A stretch of DNA of 50,516 nt from Octopus sinensis (lineage: Eukaryota). A program made the translations under genes and the position numbers. Of the stretch, positions 34,894-49,029 are shown piece after piece (positions within the stretch are counted from its first letter, which is position 1; each line of letters begins with the position of its first letter). The stretch is from the NCBI RefSeq assembly GCF_006345805.1, contig NW_021834665.1:1-50516 (forward strand), read 5' to 3'. The notes under the pieces were generated by a model. It searched no databases. It saw only the letters and a list, made by a program, of their open reading frames with translations, and had not been told where the DNA came from.

Positions 34894-34937
34894 TACATAC
34901 ATACACATATATATGTATGTATATAAATATAAATGTG

Positions 34938-34983
<46 letters not shown>

Positions 34984-35122
34984 TGTCTGCCTTTGTCCCC
35001 ATCACCGATTGAAAACAGGCGTTGGTTTGTTTACGTCTCCGTAACTTAGCAATAGGATAAGTACAAGCAGTGTATGCATATAACAGAAACTATATTGTAA
35101 ATGAATACATTTTTACACACAC

Positions 35123-35156
<34 letters not shown>

Positions 35157-35439
35157 TGTACGTATATGTGTATGAATATGTATGCATGTATGTGGGGTGG
35201 GGCTGACAGAAGAGCGTTTGTATTTTATTCTATAATACTGTGTCAATGCGATGAGGACTTAGAATAATAAACACACGCACCAACATTATCAAAAGATCTC
35301 TAATAAGCACATTTATATTAAATTTTATGTCACATATTCTGTGACCTATTAGGATGAAATATCTGTGACAGTGAGATGGGATTCCCTTTGTTTTCCCGTT
35401 GCTCCATTATTCCAAACCCCTACATACGCTAAAACGTGA

Positions 35440-35483
<44 letters not shown>

Positions 35484-35494
35484 TATATATATAT

Positions 35495-35527
<33 letters not shown>

Positions 35528-35657
35528 GTTGTATGTATGTATGTATGTATGTATGTATGTATGTATATGTATGTATGCATGTATGTATATGTATGCATGC
35601 ATGTATATATATATATAATATATATATGTATGCATGTATGCATTATATATATATATT

Positions 35658-35735
<78 letters not shown>

Positions 35736-35948
35736 AGAGAGAGAGATGTATGCACACATACATACATACACGCAAAAAAAAATAAAATAACGATAGACGC
35801 ACTGTTATTCGAAAATGAAATATATGAAATAACATTATTAACACTGAACAAGACAAGATGTCGTCCGTTATTCGATGATCCAGCTTGGCCAGAGTTCATG
35901 TGACAGCAACCATGAGACAAACAGAGAGAGAGTGACGAGGAAGAGAAG

Positions 35949-35949
<1 letters not shown>

Positions 35950-36007
<58 letters not shown>

Positions 36008-36019
36008 AGATAGATAGAT

Positions 36020-36098
<79 letters not shown>

Positions 36099-36103
36099 GT
36101 AGG

Positions 36104-36191
<88 letters not shown>

Positions 36192-36465
36192 CAGATAGAT
36201 AGACAGATAGATAGACGGTGAAGGAGAGAGAGACAGACAGCAGAGATGGATGGATGGATGGATAAATAGGTAGGTAGGTAGGTAGAAATGAAGAAAGAAA
36301 GAAAAAGTAAAGCGTGGATTGATAAGTGGATGGATAGAAAGATGGATAAATAGACAGGCGGATACGAAGAGAGATGGCCAGGTATGGTTAGGTACACAGG
36401 CTCAGAGGTGTGTGTGCGTGTGTGTGTGTGTGTGTGGTGTGTTTGTCTGTGCGCCAGTGTAGATT

Positions 36466-36547
<82 letters not shown>
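35950..36547. repeat. (GATA)n arrays with GACA/GGAT/GGTA variants
   Basis: Direct inspection; source of the 401-aa YLSI ORF. Confidence 0.92.
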
Positions 36548-36548
<1 letters not shown>

Positions 36549-37557
36549 GCATACAGAGAAGAGGAGAGAGAAAGAGGGGGAAACAGAAACCAAGGAGAGA
36601 AAGGTGTATGCATGTATGTGTATACTGTGTGAGTGTAGATAGATAGAGAGAGAGAGAGAAGGGGGGAGAGACAGACAGACAGACAGAGACAGAGAAGAGG
36701 AGAGAGAAACAGAAACACAGAACAAGCGAGAGAAAGAGAGTATATGCATGTATGTGTATACAGTGTATGTGTGTGTATGTGCGTATGCATGCGTGCGTGC
36801 TCGTTGTAACATGCGTATGCGCGTGTACGAGTGTTTATACGAATGCAGCATGAAAAACAGCGCATTCAGATATCCGGGAAATACAATAATAACTAAGTAA
36901 GCATTATTCCCGTCCTCGTTCTTCCTTTTCCTCTTCTTCTTCTCCTTCTCCTCCTTCTTCTTCTTCTTAATGTGTAATAAATTATCGAAACTTCTTTCAG
37001 AAGCCGAGAATTCACATGACTATCAAAAAAAAAAAATTTCATACATTTCCATACATAATGCATTCCATTATCATTTACAACACAACGTTCAGCCGCCGCC
37101 ACCACCATCACCTTCTATAATCAAATTCACCAGGTAGTTATCCTACAGGTAATATATCTAGTCTTAATTATCAGGTGAAACACGTTTTGATGAATATATA
37201 ATATGTAAAGCTGGGTTTTTTTTTAATATCTTTTATATTTACGAGTCAACGAACGGGGACGCTTCTTATGTGGTCGCGTTCTTCGTTCTGCTAGAGAAAA
37301 TCAGAGCTAAATATCTCCCTCAAAATCTACTGTTTGAATAATAAGGCAAATATTTTATATTAGATAAATGTAGTTCTAAGTATAGAGTGTCTGTATAACA
37401 AGCATTTACATATATATATATATACATGCGTGCCTATGTATGTGTGTGTATCTGAGTGGATCACTCACATCGGCTAGAAATAGCAGCTAAATTAATCCTA
37501 GGTGTCATAGACTACCGATTTCTGTTTTGTTTTCGTTTGTGTTTTCGTATTTCAGTT

Positions 37558-37623
<66 letters not shown>

Positions 37624-39194
37624 GTGGGAACACATTAAATAATGTAAAATAAAATAGAAGAAAAAAAAGCGGGTCTGTCATGTTTAGAATGCTTGTGAAA
37701 ATTTCTCTGCTTCTTCGATATCGTCATGGTGTTAAACAATGACACTACCAACAACAACAACAAAAATTGTATTTATATCTGAGGACAACTGAATCTTTAT
37801 AAAATTTAGTATCTCATAAAAAACATGGCAGCTTTTCGTTGTATTGTTCGCCCTCCCCAACTTTTTCTTCTTTTCTCAAAACCCCTTACGGGTCTTTTGT
37901 GCGTTACTGTTCATATGTAAATCATATCCTATCAATATTGTATAAAGAATTTTAAGCGAGCTGCTCGGAAACTTGCTGCCAGTGTAGTGAATTTGGGAAA
38001 CTTGGTCTCCAATATCTGCAATCGTGTATGTCAAGGCTGGTTTTAAGCCAATTAGATAGACATGTTCAAATTTGCACCATGCCAAGAGAGGGCCCGGCAC
38101 CAAAAGAAGGACTCGCGTACATCTCGAGCGGAGAACGCTACCATGAATTTTTAGAATATCATTTTGGCTAATGGTGGAGCCTCAAACCCTCGACGCTTTT
38201 TGGCTGCGATTGGCGTACAACACGAAGCATAAAAAAAAACATCTTCAGCTTTTGTAGAATATGGGTCCCCTATGGTAATTCTCTAATTAGGCCTCGTACT
38301 TCTTAACGCTGACCCTGGTATATGTTTATCAAGAGCTATGCCCTTAAGTTACTAACGGATCCACAGGAGTAATGTACAATTTTGTCCGAGTGCACAATGG
38401 TCAGTGATGGTCTTCCTCGGGCAGGAGTGAACAGCCATATACGAGCAGATTCTTTATAAACACACTGTTGTAATCCAAACTTGGCTAACTATGTCGACCA
38501 GTAGGAAACATTGAAAACCGCCTTGACCGCTAAATTCACGAGTTTTTTAAAAAAATCTCTCGGTTCATTTTCTCTTATTCCTTTCTGTTTAAGAGCGTAG
38601 GCTCGAAACATAAAAGACTTTTTCACTTTCCCGAGTGTCAGACTAATACACCTGCTTGTTGTTCATACACGTGTGTTTAATTTGTTCACTGAACACCACC
38701 GCAAATTCCCCCTTGCTTTTCAAAAAATGCCCCCTAAATCACAAGATAAAAGGAGAAAATCTGCCCTATTTTTCAAATTCTGGCAGTAACACTGAAGCTG
38801 GAAGCAAGATAATAATCTAATTCTACATTTTATCACATTCAAGAATATAAACACGTTTTTAAACACAACACATGCAGAGTCAAAAAGAAACACTATCTTT
38901 TACCATCACAAGGTCGGCACTGCGTGAACTACAGTGCTCTCTTCTTAGCGTGTAGCTTCCTATCTCGGACATGTGAGCTTGCGCACAACAGCCAAATACC
39001 TGTGAAGTGCACAGTTCTATACGAAGATTTTTGTACTTTTTCATAAACTAGGGAATGGCTACTGACATTAAGCCTAAGAATTATAGAATGTACAAGTATA
39101 AAGAATTAAAGAAAAAAGGACTCATTATATTGAATGTTATCGATAATATTGAGTGGAAACAGGGGATGCTGGAGTTCCGCAGTGCCGCCACTGA

Positions 39195-39452
39195 TACGGA
39201 GATAACAACGTTTTACCGAATTTGTGAATTGGCTTTCAGATACTGCTCGCAATAACTGTATCAATTTCAAGCTGCGAACGATCGTTCAGCAAATTGAAGT
39301 TAATCCTGTCTTATTTGTGGACATCAATGCCACAGGACTGCATACATGACCTCGCTCTTCTGAGCATTGAAAGTGAAGAGACAAGCGAAACTGATTTTGA
39401 AGATATAATCGATCAATTCGCCTCATCAAAAGTAAGAAAGATGAGACTTTAA
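39195..39452 (+). pseudogene. hAT transposase dimerisation domain (hATC), disrupted
   Basis: YGDNNVLPNL*IGFQILLAITVSISSCERSFSKLKLILSYLWTSMPQDCIHDLALLSIE..DIIDQFASSKVRKMRL*, containing the CERSFS motif. Confidence 0.88.
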
Positions 39453-39959
39453 ACAATCGCATTTTTTTTAATTACATCTTATTTTACACATTAGGTCTTT
39501 TAATGTTTCAATGGGGGAAGCTGGTGTATTTGGTTAAAATAGGGAGCTGGTGCATTTGGTTAAAATAGGGAGGTTTCATAAGAGTAAACATTCAAAAAAT
39601 ATATTTTGACTTACAGGCAAAATATATTTTGAATTAGGGTAAACCGCGCCCTGGTAAAGTATTTATTCCTAAAATATTCTTTTCTGCTCTAGGTACAAGG
39701 TCCGACTTTTTTTGCGGGGGAAGGGGTACAGTCGATTAGATCGATTCTAGAACGCAACTGGTGCTCAGTTTATCGACTCCGAAAGGATGAAAGGCAAAGT
39801 CGACCTCGGTGGAATTGTATTTTATTCTTGAAATATTGTTTTAAAACATTAATTACTTATAACAAATAAGTACTATACAATATCGTGGATTTTGTAATGG
39901 GGTGGGGTGGAATTTTGGCGGCTTGCCTCCGGGCACGGTTTATCCTAGCTACGCTACTG
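39453..39959 (+). mobile_element. hAT 3' non-coding end with candidate TIR; contains a family B SINE at 39676-39816
   Basis: Ends GCTACGCTACTG (reverse complement CAGTAGCGTAGC, hAT-like); 27-bp direct repeat near 39520-39573. No 5' partner TIR found. Confidence 0.55.
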
Positions 39960-40010
39960 ATTTATACATATACATAAACATACATACATATATTCATATT
40001 TACATGCATA

Positions 40011-41289
40011 CAGGGTGGGAAAGCAAAATTTACAATATTTTGAGGCAGGGATTGAAAGACGGTGTATGATCAATTAGTTTATTGAAAGTCATGAGAATTT
40101 ATTTGCTACAAGAAAATTTACATAATAGAAAATGTTTTTATTCCTTGTGTCCTCCTTTCTCAATAACTGCCTTCACACGCTTCCTGATACTTGCGCAAGT
40201 GTTACTCAAATATTCGGGAGACAACTTCTCCCATTCTTCTTTAATAGTATCTTTAAGAGAGTCGACATTGCTGTGTGATGTTCTATTGGTAGTATGTTCT
40301 AAAACGCCACAAATAACATAATCCAGAGGGCTTAGATCTGGGCTAGAAGACGGCCTTAAATATGATTCCAAAAAGTTGGATTCGCAGAAATCTTGTATTT
40401 TTCTAGCTGTGTGGGCTGGAGCATCATCCTGTGTCCATACATAATTACCATCTGGGTGGTTTGCTTTAAGCCATGGCAATACCTGGTATCTCAGAGTCTT
40501 GTAGTAAGTATTAACATTGATCTTTTCATCAGCTTTGTAGAATTTTATAGGCATTTTCTTTCCATCGGAAACCACAACACCAAAAGCCATAACTTGAGCA
40601 GTATGTTTTGTTTTGAATGTCCCCTTAACCTCAGCTGTTGATTTTGCGATAAATCTGTCATTTCTGCAGTTCAGAACAGCATCGACAGTGAAGATCTTTC
40701 TATCTTAAAAGATCGTTACAATGGAAGACTTTTCCTTGAACCATGTAATAATTTTCTTGCACCTTTCCAATCTCTTTTCCTTCATAGCTGTTGTCAACAA
40801 GTGTTTTGGTGTTCTTGTGTAAGATTTTAACTTCAAATCATATAGTTTACAGCATTTCTAATGGTCTTGTTGTCTACCTCAAGTTCAATTGCCATTTTTC
40901 TCATAGATTTCGTTGGATCCTTTAGGATTTTGGATTTGAGAGCTTTAATAAAAGCTTTGGTTGTTTTTTGTTGATTCCCCCACTTCCAGACTTCCTTGTA
41001 ATAGTTTTGCTCATAGTCATTCTATTCTTTACATTATAAACAGTCTTTATGGACACTCCAACTATTCTTGAAATCTCCTTTGATGTGACGAGTGCATTCA
41101 GCAAATCACACACGCTTTGACGTTTGTTTTCCTGATTACTCATATGGGCAAAAGTTTCTGAAAAGGTAAGTATAATAGTGTAAGGTATGATTATGACATC
41201 AATATATGCTAGGTTTCAAAACAACTGACTTAATGCCTGCTGAGAAAAAACAAGTTATCGTTCATTGTAAATTTTGCTTCCCCACCCTG
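40011..41289 (-). mobile_element. Full-length Tc1/mariner element (1279 bp), 26-bp TIRs, TA TSD
   Basis: TA|CAGGGTGGGAAAGCAAAATTTACAAT ... ATTGTAAATTTTGCTTCCCCACCCTG|TA, one mismatch. Confidence 0.93.
40138..41143 (-). pseudogene. DDD transposase pseudogene (maT/DD37D-like)
   Basis: HTH N-terminus MSNQENKRQ..; IF*DRKIFTVD, WTQDDAPAH, SSPDLSPLDY; 2 frameshifts and 1 stop. Confidence 0.88.
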
Positions 41290-41358
41290 TATATAAACAT
41301 ATATATGTATATATCTATATATGCGTACATACACAGACACACACACACAGATAGGTAA

Positions 41359-41416
<58 letters not shown>

Positions 41417-41463
41417 GGATAGATAGATAGACAGACAGACACACAGACAGACAGATAGATGGT

Positions 41464-41557
<94 letters not shown>

Positions 41558-42170
41558 CACAGGTAACCTCGGTCAATGAAGTCACATGTTATATTTCTTT
41601 TTTTTTTTTTTTTGCAAATAAGCAACTCTCTCTGTATTAATTTTTACGGTTCATAGAATCATAGTCAAGGTGGCTTCGTCATTCATACGTGCCATCCTTG
41701 CTACATTCACCCATCTTTTTTTAAAACATTCACTAGACAAAACTTGCCTCTCTACTCTCACTTTTTTCTTCAAGTGATACTTGAAGAAGTTGATGAGAGA
41801 TTGACCAGAGAGGAAAGTGTTTGTCTCTAATCCTTTCAGACGCGTCCACCAGATACATTCTTTCGCCATAGCCACAAGTATGATAAAAATAGCTCTTCCT
41901 TCCCGTTTGAAGGAAGGAGGCGTGACGATATTAACGATAGACTCGGCTGATAAACCGACACGTCCCACACGTGACAGCAGTCGTTCGACATAAGCCCACA
42001 GGTGGGAAATTGCTGGACACTGCACGATTGCGTGCAGAGCGGTTTCGTCGCTCTGCCCGCATATCGGGCAGGTCGGCCCCGTGTTTCTCGAGCCATGCCT
42101 ATAGAGCTTATCCCGAACGGGTAGCGCTTCTCGGTAGCACCGCCAGGCCAGGGATCTCTGGAAGTTGTCC
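41558..42170 (-). mobile_element. 5'-truncated Tx1/L1-like LINE (zf-RVT C-terminus and 3' UTR) inside (GATA)n
   Basis: Uninterrupted frame SLAWRCYREALPV..CPICGQSDETALHAIVQC..AKECIWWTR..TMIL*; A-tract at ~41597-41613; (GATA)n at 41351-41557 and 42171-42303. Confidence 0.85.
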
Positions 42171-42304
<134 letters not shown>

Positions 42305-42485
42305 GGATGTAATTTTTATGAATAAGACTCTTTAAATTTATAAAAATAACATCAGAAATAAAACCAATTCCAGAGAAACAATTGTGTCCTTGTATAACAT
42401 ATGTTTATTTAATATATATTCGCTAAATTGTTTATTTAATTCAGATATTTAACATATATTTATCTGAGGAGTTTTGTATGATATA

Positions 42486-42595
42486 TGTGTGTGTGTGTGT
42501 TTGGATGTGTGTGTGTGTTTGGATGTGTGTGTGTGTTTGGATGTGTGTGTGTGTTTGGATGTGTGTGTGTTTGGATGTGTGTGTGTGTTTGGATG
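42486..42595 (+). repeat. 16-18 bp unit (TG)nTTTGGA, 6 copies
   Basis: Direct inspection. Confidence 0.9.
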
Positions 42596-42922
42596 TTTGT
42601 GTGTGTGTATACACACGCACTTACAAATGCGCAATTCTATTTGTGTATGTGTGTGTTTGTGCTTGTGTATGTATGTGTGTTGTGCGTGTGTGTGTATGAT
42701 TACGTGTGTATGCGCGTGTGCGTGTATGTGCGAAGGCGTGTGTGTGTGTTTGCGTATGTGTATGTGTGTGTGTTTGTGTGTGCGCGCACGTGTAAAATTT
42801 GGATTGAAAATCGTAATTAACCTAGTTACTGATTGAAAGTTGGTTTCTCTAAGTTTATGCACGGCGCATACAAATACGACGTCTGTGTGTGTGTGTGCGC
42901 GCGTGCGTGCGTGCGTGCGTGC

Positions 42923-42964
<42 letters not shown>

Positions 42965-42989
42965 TGTGTGTGTGTGTGTGTTTGTTTAG

Positions 42990-43140
42990 AAAGTGCGTAT
43001 CTTTGTGGCTAGTGTGTTGGGCTCACGATCGCAAGGTCGTGGGTTCATTTTCTGGATTAAGTTGGGTGTTGTGTCTCTCAGCAATGTATTATGTTTCACG
43101 TTCTATCTACTCAGTTAAAAATGAGTATCAGCTCAGTACT
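42990..43140 (+). mobile_element. Degenerate family D-like SINE
   Basis: GGCTCACGATCGCAAGGTCGTGGGTTC head. Confidence 0.55.
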
Positions 43141-43418
43141 GGTACACCTCTCTCTCTCTCTTTCACTCTCTCTCTCTTTCACTCTCTCTCTCTTTCACTC
43201 TCTCTCTCTTTCACTCTCTCTCTCTCTCTTCTCTCTCTAGTTGTCACACCATTGATGCTCCTCAAGGTCAACGGCGGGAGGGTCGAGAATGTGTCTATTT
43301 TTTATGGTGATTACACGGGCACCTAGCAGAAGAAGCGAAAGTGCGGTACCATCTATTAAACCAGGTCATACATATTATATATATATATATATAAGCACAT
43401 GTGTGTATATGTGTGTGC

Positions 43419-43478
<60 letters not shown>

Positions 43479-43721
43479 TGGTGTGTATCGTTTGTAGAAA
43501 ACATAAATCCGGAGAAGCTCATCCTAAGATATAGAGCAGCATATATATTTTTTTTCTGGGAAAGGCCGGTTATTGGGATTACCCTGGGTTTCCCGTCCAT
43601 AAAGGGTATAACTTTATGGCGTATCGTCAGACCGCAAAACCTGTTGACCTAAGATCTCTTCAAAACACATGTATATGTGTGTATGTGAGTGTGTGTATGC
43701 ATGTATGTATATACATTTATG

Positions 43722-43790
<69 letters not shown>

Positions 43791-44236
43791 AGAGAGTAAG
43801 TGAGAGACAGAGAGAAAGTGATACATACATAAAAACATATATATGTAAATGTATGTATATATATGTATGCATGAATATACATGATGGCTGTTTCACATTC
43901 ATAGTGAAACATCTGTGCTTCGGGTGCCATAGTGAATTCCTGTGACAAACATTGCTAGATGACTGGCGCTATTCTGTTTGCAAGTTTCATGTCAGAGTAT
44001 CTTTCTCCTGGAAGAGCTGACTAGAGCTGCTTACCGCGCGGTTTTGTCAAAAACAACGGGATCCTCCTCTGCACCATTAGAAATCTAGTTAGTCCGTAGA
44101 TTGGACCCTGGCTGGTACTACCTTTCCAGGTCAGAAAGGACCCGAGAGTAATGCTAATTAAGGGCTGATTGCACGTTTCCTGCAACTCAGAGATTCCCGA
44201 CTGGAGCCCTACCACCGGATACCTTTTAATGTCATA

Positions 44237-44267
<31 letters not shown>

Positions 44268-44480
44268 AAGTGGAGACGCGTAGCTTAGGTATTAGTGTTT
44301 AGTAGTCATGATCGTAAAATTGTGGTTTCGATTCCTGTACTGGGCAACCTGTTGTGTTCTTGAGCAAGACACTTCCTTTCAAATAGCTCCTGTCCTCTCA
44401 GCTAGCAAAAATAAGTAATCTTGTGACTGGCCGGCGTCCTGTCCACTGAATGTATGTCCAGAAAACCGGCTTTTATACAC
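44268..44480 (+). mobile_element. Family D-like SINE
   Basis: GTGGAGACGCGTAGCTTAG..GGTTTCGATTCC..TTGAGCAAGACACTT..GAAAACCGGC. Confidence 0.72.
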
Positions 44481-44756
44481 AGACACACACACACACACAC
44501 ACACCACACACACACACACACGAGTCATAATGAGAGAGGAGAAGCAATGGAGGGGGAGTCGAAGAGAGAGCAGTCATCATTGTTCGTTTTCCTTATTTTT
44601 TTTATATAACAAAAGAAATTATGTCTTAATGATCGGTGGGAGATTCTTTAGAATCTTATTTGGATCGGTGCCATTGTTCAGACGTCAGATACCTGCAGAA
44701 CTACTGAAAAAGTAATACGGTTAGCAACGAGCGTGAGCGAGCGGAGGAAACGAACA

Positions 44757-44797
<41 letters not shown>

Positions 44798-45251
44798 GAT
44801 TTAGAGGCGTGTATGTATGTATGTATGTATGTATGTATGTGTGCATGTATTGCGTTGCTCTGTATTCGTTTTGGGTGCGGTCAGTTTATGGTTTAATTTC
44901 ATAGTTTTATATTTTGTTCGATTTTATTTTTTAATTGCTTATTGTCTTTTTTTCTTTTCGTTTTGTGTTCTCTTTTCTTCTTCCAAATATCTTGCTAATA
45001 AGTGTTAATGTCTGTCTAAAAATACTTTGCTTTCGTATACAACTTGTATGTGTAGTACGTATATGTGCAAATGTATATGTGTTTGTGTGTGTGTGAGTGT
45101 GCGAGCCACCGTTTGTAGACATGTGTATGTATGTATGTATGTATGTATATGTATGTAGACATGTATATGTATATGTATGCATGTATATGTATATGTATGC
45201 ATGTATGTATGTAAGTGTGTGTGTACGTGTGAGAGTCACCATTTGTAGATA

Positions 45252-45294
<43 letters not shown>

Positions 45295-45649
45295 GCGTAC
45301 ATATATATATGTGTGTGTGTGTGTGTGTGAATATCTGTTCAGAGGTATGTAAACTTATGAGCATGTGTGTATCTGTAGCTATGTGTACGTATGCATATAG
45401 GTTTGTGTGTATATATGTATGTATTATGTATATGCGTATATGTGTGTGTGTGTGTGTGTGTATATTTGTGTATGAATATATATTATATAGGTATGTATGT
45501 GTGTAAGTGTAACTCTTTGTCGACATGTGTATGCATATGTGTAAGTGTATCTGTAGATATGTGAGAGAATGTGTATGTTTATCTGGATATGTGTCTCAGT
45601 ACATGCGTTTGCGAGTGTCTCCGTTTATATACCTGTGTGTGTGTGTGTG

Positions 45650-45690
<41 letters not shown>

Positions 45691-45894
45691 GTCTACAGAA
45701 CTATAACTGTTTGCTCATCTGCTTTTAGATGTGTGTATGTGTGTAGACGTGTGTTTGAGTTTTTTTTTTTTTAGACGTGTGTGATCAAGTCTGTAGATTA
45801 GTGTATGCGTGTGTCTGTTTGGAGATTTGTAACTGTTTATATGTGTGTTTGTAAAGAGAGAAAGGGCGAAAGAGAGAGGGAGAGAGAGAGAGAA

Positions 45895-45967
<73 letters not shown>

Positions 45968-46326
45968 GGCAGGCAGACAGATAGGGAGACAGACAGAGAA
46001 AAATGTTGGTGAAATGTGTTACGTTTCTTGTCTCCTGAACGAGTTTTGAGACATTACGGACACCATATTTTTTTAGTGTATTTTTAAGGAAGTTTTGTAA
46101 CCCGATTTCTGCCAATTTCACGCAAATTCCGACTGTTTTCTCCTTGTTTGCTGCTAGTTTGCGAGATTTTACTTTCTGCCCGCTTCAAAAGGAAGAGGGG
46201 AGAAAAAGTCAGACAAAGAACAAAAAATTGAAATACCATCACGGCTTCACAACACAGAAAGTGTTGAAAGGAGACTCTGTTTCTTCATGACAAAATTTAT
46301 TCGGTCGCGTTTGATTTTCAATGGAA

Positions 46327-46450
46327 TTGGGGTTATTTGGCAGGAAGCGTTAGACTGTGGAACAAAATGTCTTGAGATATTTATTCCGGTTTCTTGCATT
46401 CTGTGTTCAAATCCCACTGAAGTCAACTTTGCCTTCCATCGATTCAAGAC
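46327..46450 (+). mobile_element. Degenerate family B SINE
   Basis: TTCTGTGTTCAAATCCC..GTCAACTTTGCCTTCCATC. Confidence 0.6.
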
Positions 46451-46451
46451 A

Positions 46452-46459
46452 TAATAATG

Positions 46460-46529
<70 letters not shown>

Positions 46530-46642
46530 GGTGATGATGATAATAATAATAAGAAGAAGAAGAAGGAGGAGGAGGAGGAGGAGGAGGAGGAGGGGGAAGA
46601 AGAAGAAGAAGAAGAAGAAGAAGAAGAGAAGGAAGAAGAAAA
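46452..46642. repeat. Compound triplet array (AAT)-(GAT)-(AAG)-(GAG)-(AAG)
   Basis: Direct inspection. Confidence 0.92.
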
Positions 46643-46679
46643 AGAATTTATATGTGCGTAATACATAAATACGTATATA

Positions 46680-46740
<61 letters not shown>

Positions 46741-46757
46741 GAAAAATACAAACTGGA

Positions 46758-47010
46758 CAAGAACGTAAAAACATTTAGAAGACGATACAAAAACACGGAC
46801 GGGACATTCGAAGCCTTCAATCTTCAGTCAAGAACCGGATCATCCTAGCAATTTTCGGCTGATTAATCTTGAGATCGCTCTGATCCGGCCAGCCCCAAGG
46901 AAAAACTAAGCTACAAGCATTAGATTTCTTGGAAGAAGGATCGAATGTATACGAAACAGGGACAGAAAAACGGACGATGCCACACGAATATAAAATACAA
47001 AAAACAATAA
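46758..47010 (-). mobile_element. Penelope-like pLTR fragment, paralog of 6360-6640
   Basis: Minus strand CTGAAGA (46827-46821) TTGAAGGCTTC GAATGTCCCGTC. Confidence 0.5.
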
Positions 47011-47119
47011 TGGTAAAAATAGGACAAAGAACAGCGGGTGTCTTACGACTAATAAACAGTACAATTTTAGCTGGCGTATTTGGAAAAAATGCCTTTATAT
47101 ACATTATATATATATATAT

Positions 47120-47163
<44 letters not shown>

Positions 47164-47697
47164 TATAATTAAATAAGTAGAGAGAATGGACATATCGATA
47201 TATATAATATATATATATAATCGCAAGGTATTAGTCAAGTAGAGCCTTCTGTCCCCAAAAAGAAAACAATTGCTCGGTTACCATAACAGTGAGATCGAAC
47301 CCTGAACTATATTGTCGTTGCTTAATCACAGAGTCACACCTACAAGCATATAAGGACTATTTATACGTGTTTCTATCTTCGTATTATTCATGTAGGGCGT
47401 GTCGACCTGGCTCAGTCTGTTATCCCGAACTTTCCCAATATGGAGGACACGAACGTCAATATTGAACGCTAATAATACATCACACATCAATAATATACCG
47501 TGCTCACAGCTGGTGCACGGTGCGCTGTTCGTGATACAGAACATATTTACTGCAAAGGTAGATGGGATATTTGAAATGTGAGACTCTTGGCAGCTTTTTC
47601 ACACTATATTGACACACGCGGCTGCTTCTAGAATGACGCTTAGACATTGATATATATACCACCACCCAAGCGTTAATTCATTCACACACCATGACAT

Positions 47698-47830
<133 letters not shown>

Positions 47831-48018
47831 AATATATATATTATTGGAAAATGTGTAACATCCTTGGTACAGTTAAGTATATTTGAAAAAAGAAACAGAA
47901 TGTCTTCACTGGTAGTTCTAATCAATTTAAGGTTTTTAATCATATAATTTTACAGTTTGGTTTGTAGATCTACGAACCAAACTGTAAAATTATATGATTA
48001 AAAATATAGAGAGAGAGA

Positions 48019-48187
48019 CGTAGGAGTGGCTGTGTGGTAAGTAGCTTGCTTACCAACCACATGGTTCCGATTTCAGTCCCATTGCGTGGCACCTTGGCTA
48101 AGTGTCTTCTACTATAGCCTCGGAGCGACCAAAGCCTTGTGAGTGGATTTGGCAGATGGAAACTGAAACAAGCCTGTTGTACATATG

Positions 48188-48225
<38 letters not shown>

Positions 48226-48426
48226 TGCGTCTGTGTTTGTCCCCGCACCAACATCGCTTGACAACCGATGCTGGTGTGTTTACATCCCCGTAACTTAGCG
48301 GTTCGGCAAAAGAGACCGATAAAATATGTACTAGGCTTACAAAGAATAAGTCCTGGGGTCGACTAAAGGCGGTGCTCCAGTATGGCCACAGTCAAATGAC
48401 TGAAACGAGTAAAAGAGTAAAAGAAT
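48019..48426 (+). mobile_element. SINE family A
   Basis: End-to-end match. Confidence 0.9.
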
Positions 48427-48457
48427 TACTGTCAGTGAAATCATTCTTTTCCTTTTT

Positions 48458-48498
<41 letters not shown>

Positions 48499-48557
48499 GC
48501 ATATGTGTATGTCTTTGTGTGTGTGCGTGTGTGTGGGGGGTGTTTGTGTGTGTGTGT

Positions 48558-48810
48558 GTGTGGAGGAGCGTAGTTTAGTGGTTAAGGTATTGGCATATTT
48601 ATGATCATAAGGTTGTGGTTTCGATTCCTGGACCGGGCGACGCGTTGTGTTCTTGAGCAGAACACTTCATTTCACATTGCTCCTGCCCACCCAGCTGCCA
48701 AAACTGAATAATCCTGCGAACGTCCTGTGTCGCGGCCAAACGTAAGGGTAATATTTACGCCACAGAATCAGAGAAACCGGCCTTGAGAGCCTATACCTCG
48801 GGAGGGTCCT
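48558..48810 (+). mobile_element. Family D-like SINE
   Basis: GTGGAGGAGCGTAG..GGTTTCGATTCCTGGACCGGGCG; the head segment is repeated at ~48890-48935. Confidence 0.75.
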
Positions 48811-48949
48811 TTATATATATAGTATATATATATATATATATAATTGTGTGTGTGTGTGTGTGTGTGTGTGTTGTGTGTGTGTGTGTGTCTATTCATGATC
48901 ATAAATTGTGGTTTCGATTCCTGGACCGGATACGACGTGTGTGTGTGTG

Positions 48950-49003
<54 letters not shown>

Positions 49004-49029
49004 TGTATATATAAACTTAGATAACTTAG

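Noticed and set aside
35660-36865. 401-aa ORF and the other long ORFs (5641-6543, 25984-27123, 25738-26526, 9667-10125 etc.)
   Set aside because: Translations of (GATA)n, (CA)n, (TA)n and (CATA)n, which lack stops in some frames; low complexity, no domain.
37876-38560. GC-richer unique block as an exon or hAT interior
   Set aside because: All frames I translated are short or unrecognisable; one possible TIR-like end (~38317) has no partner.
38585-38618. Hammerhead core (GAGC-GTAG-GCTC-GAAAC)
   Set aside because: Stem II and GAAAC are present but CUGANGA and the cleavage triplet are not recognisable; at most a dead pLTR remnant.
43240-43325. Possible exon after a CT-rich tract (VTPLMLLKVNGGRVENVSIFYGDYTGT*)
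   Set aside because: The acceptor is just a (CT)n microsatellite; no independent support.
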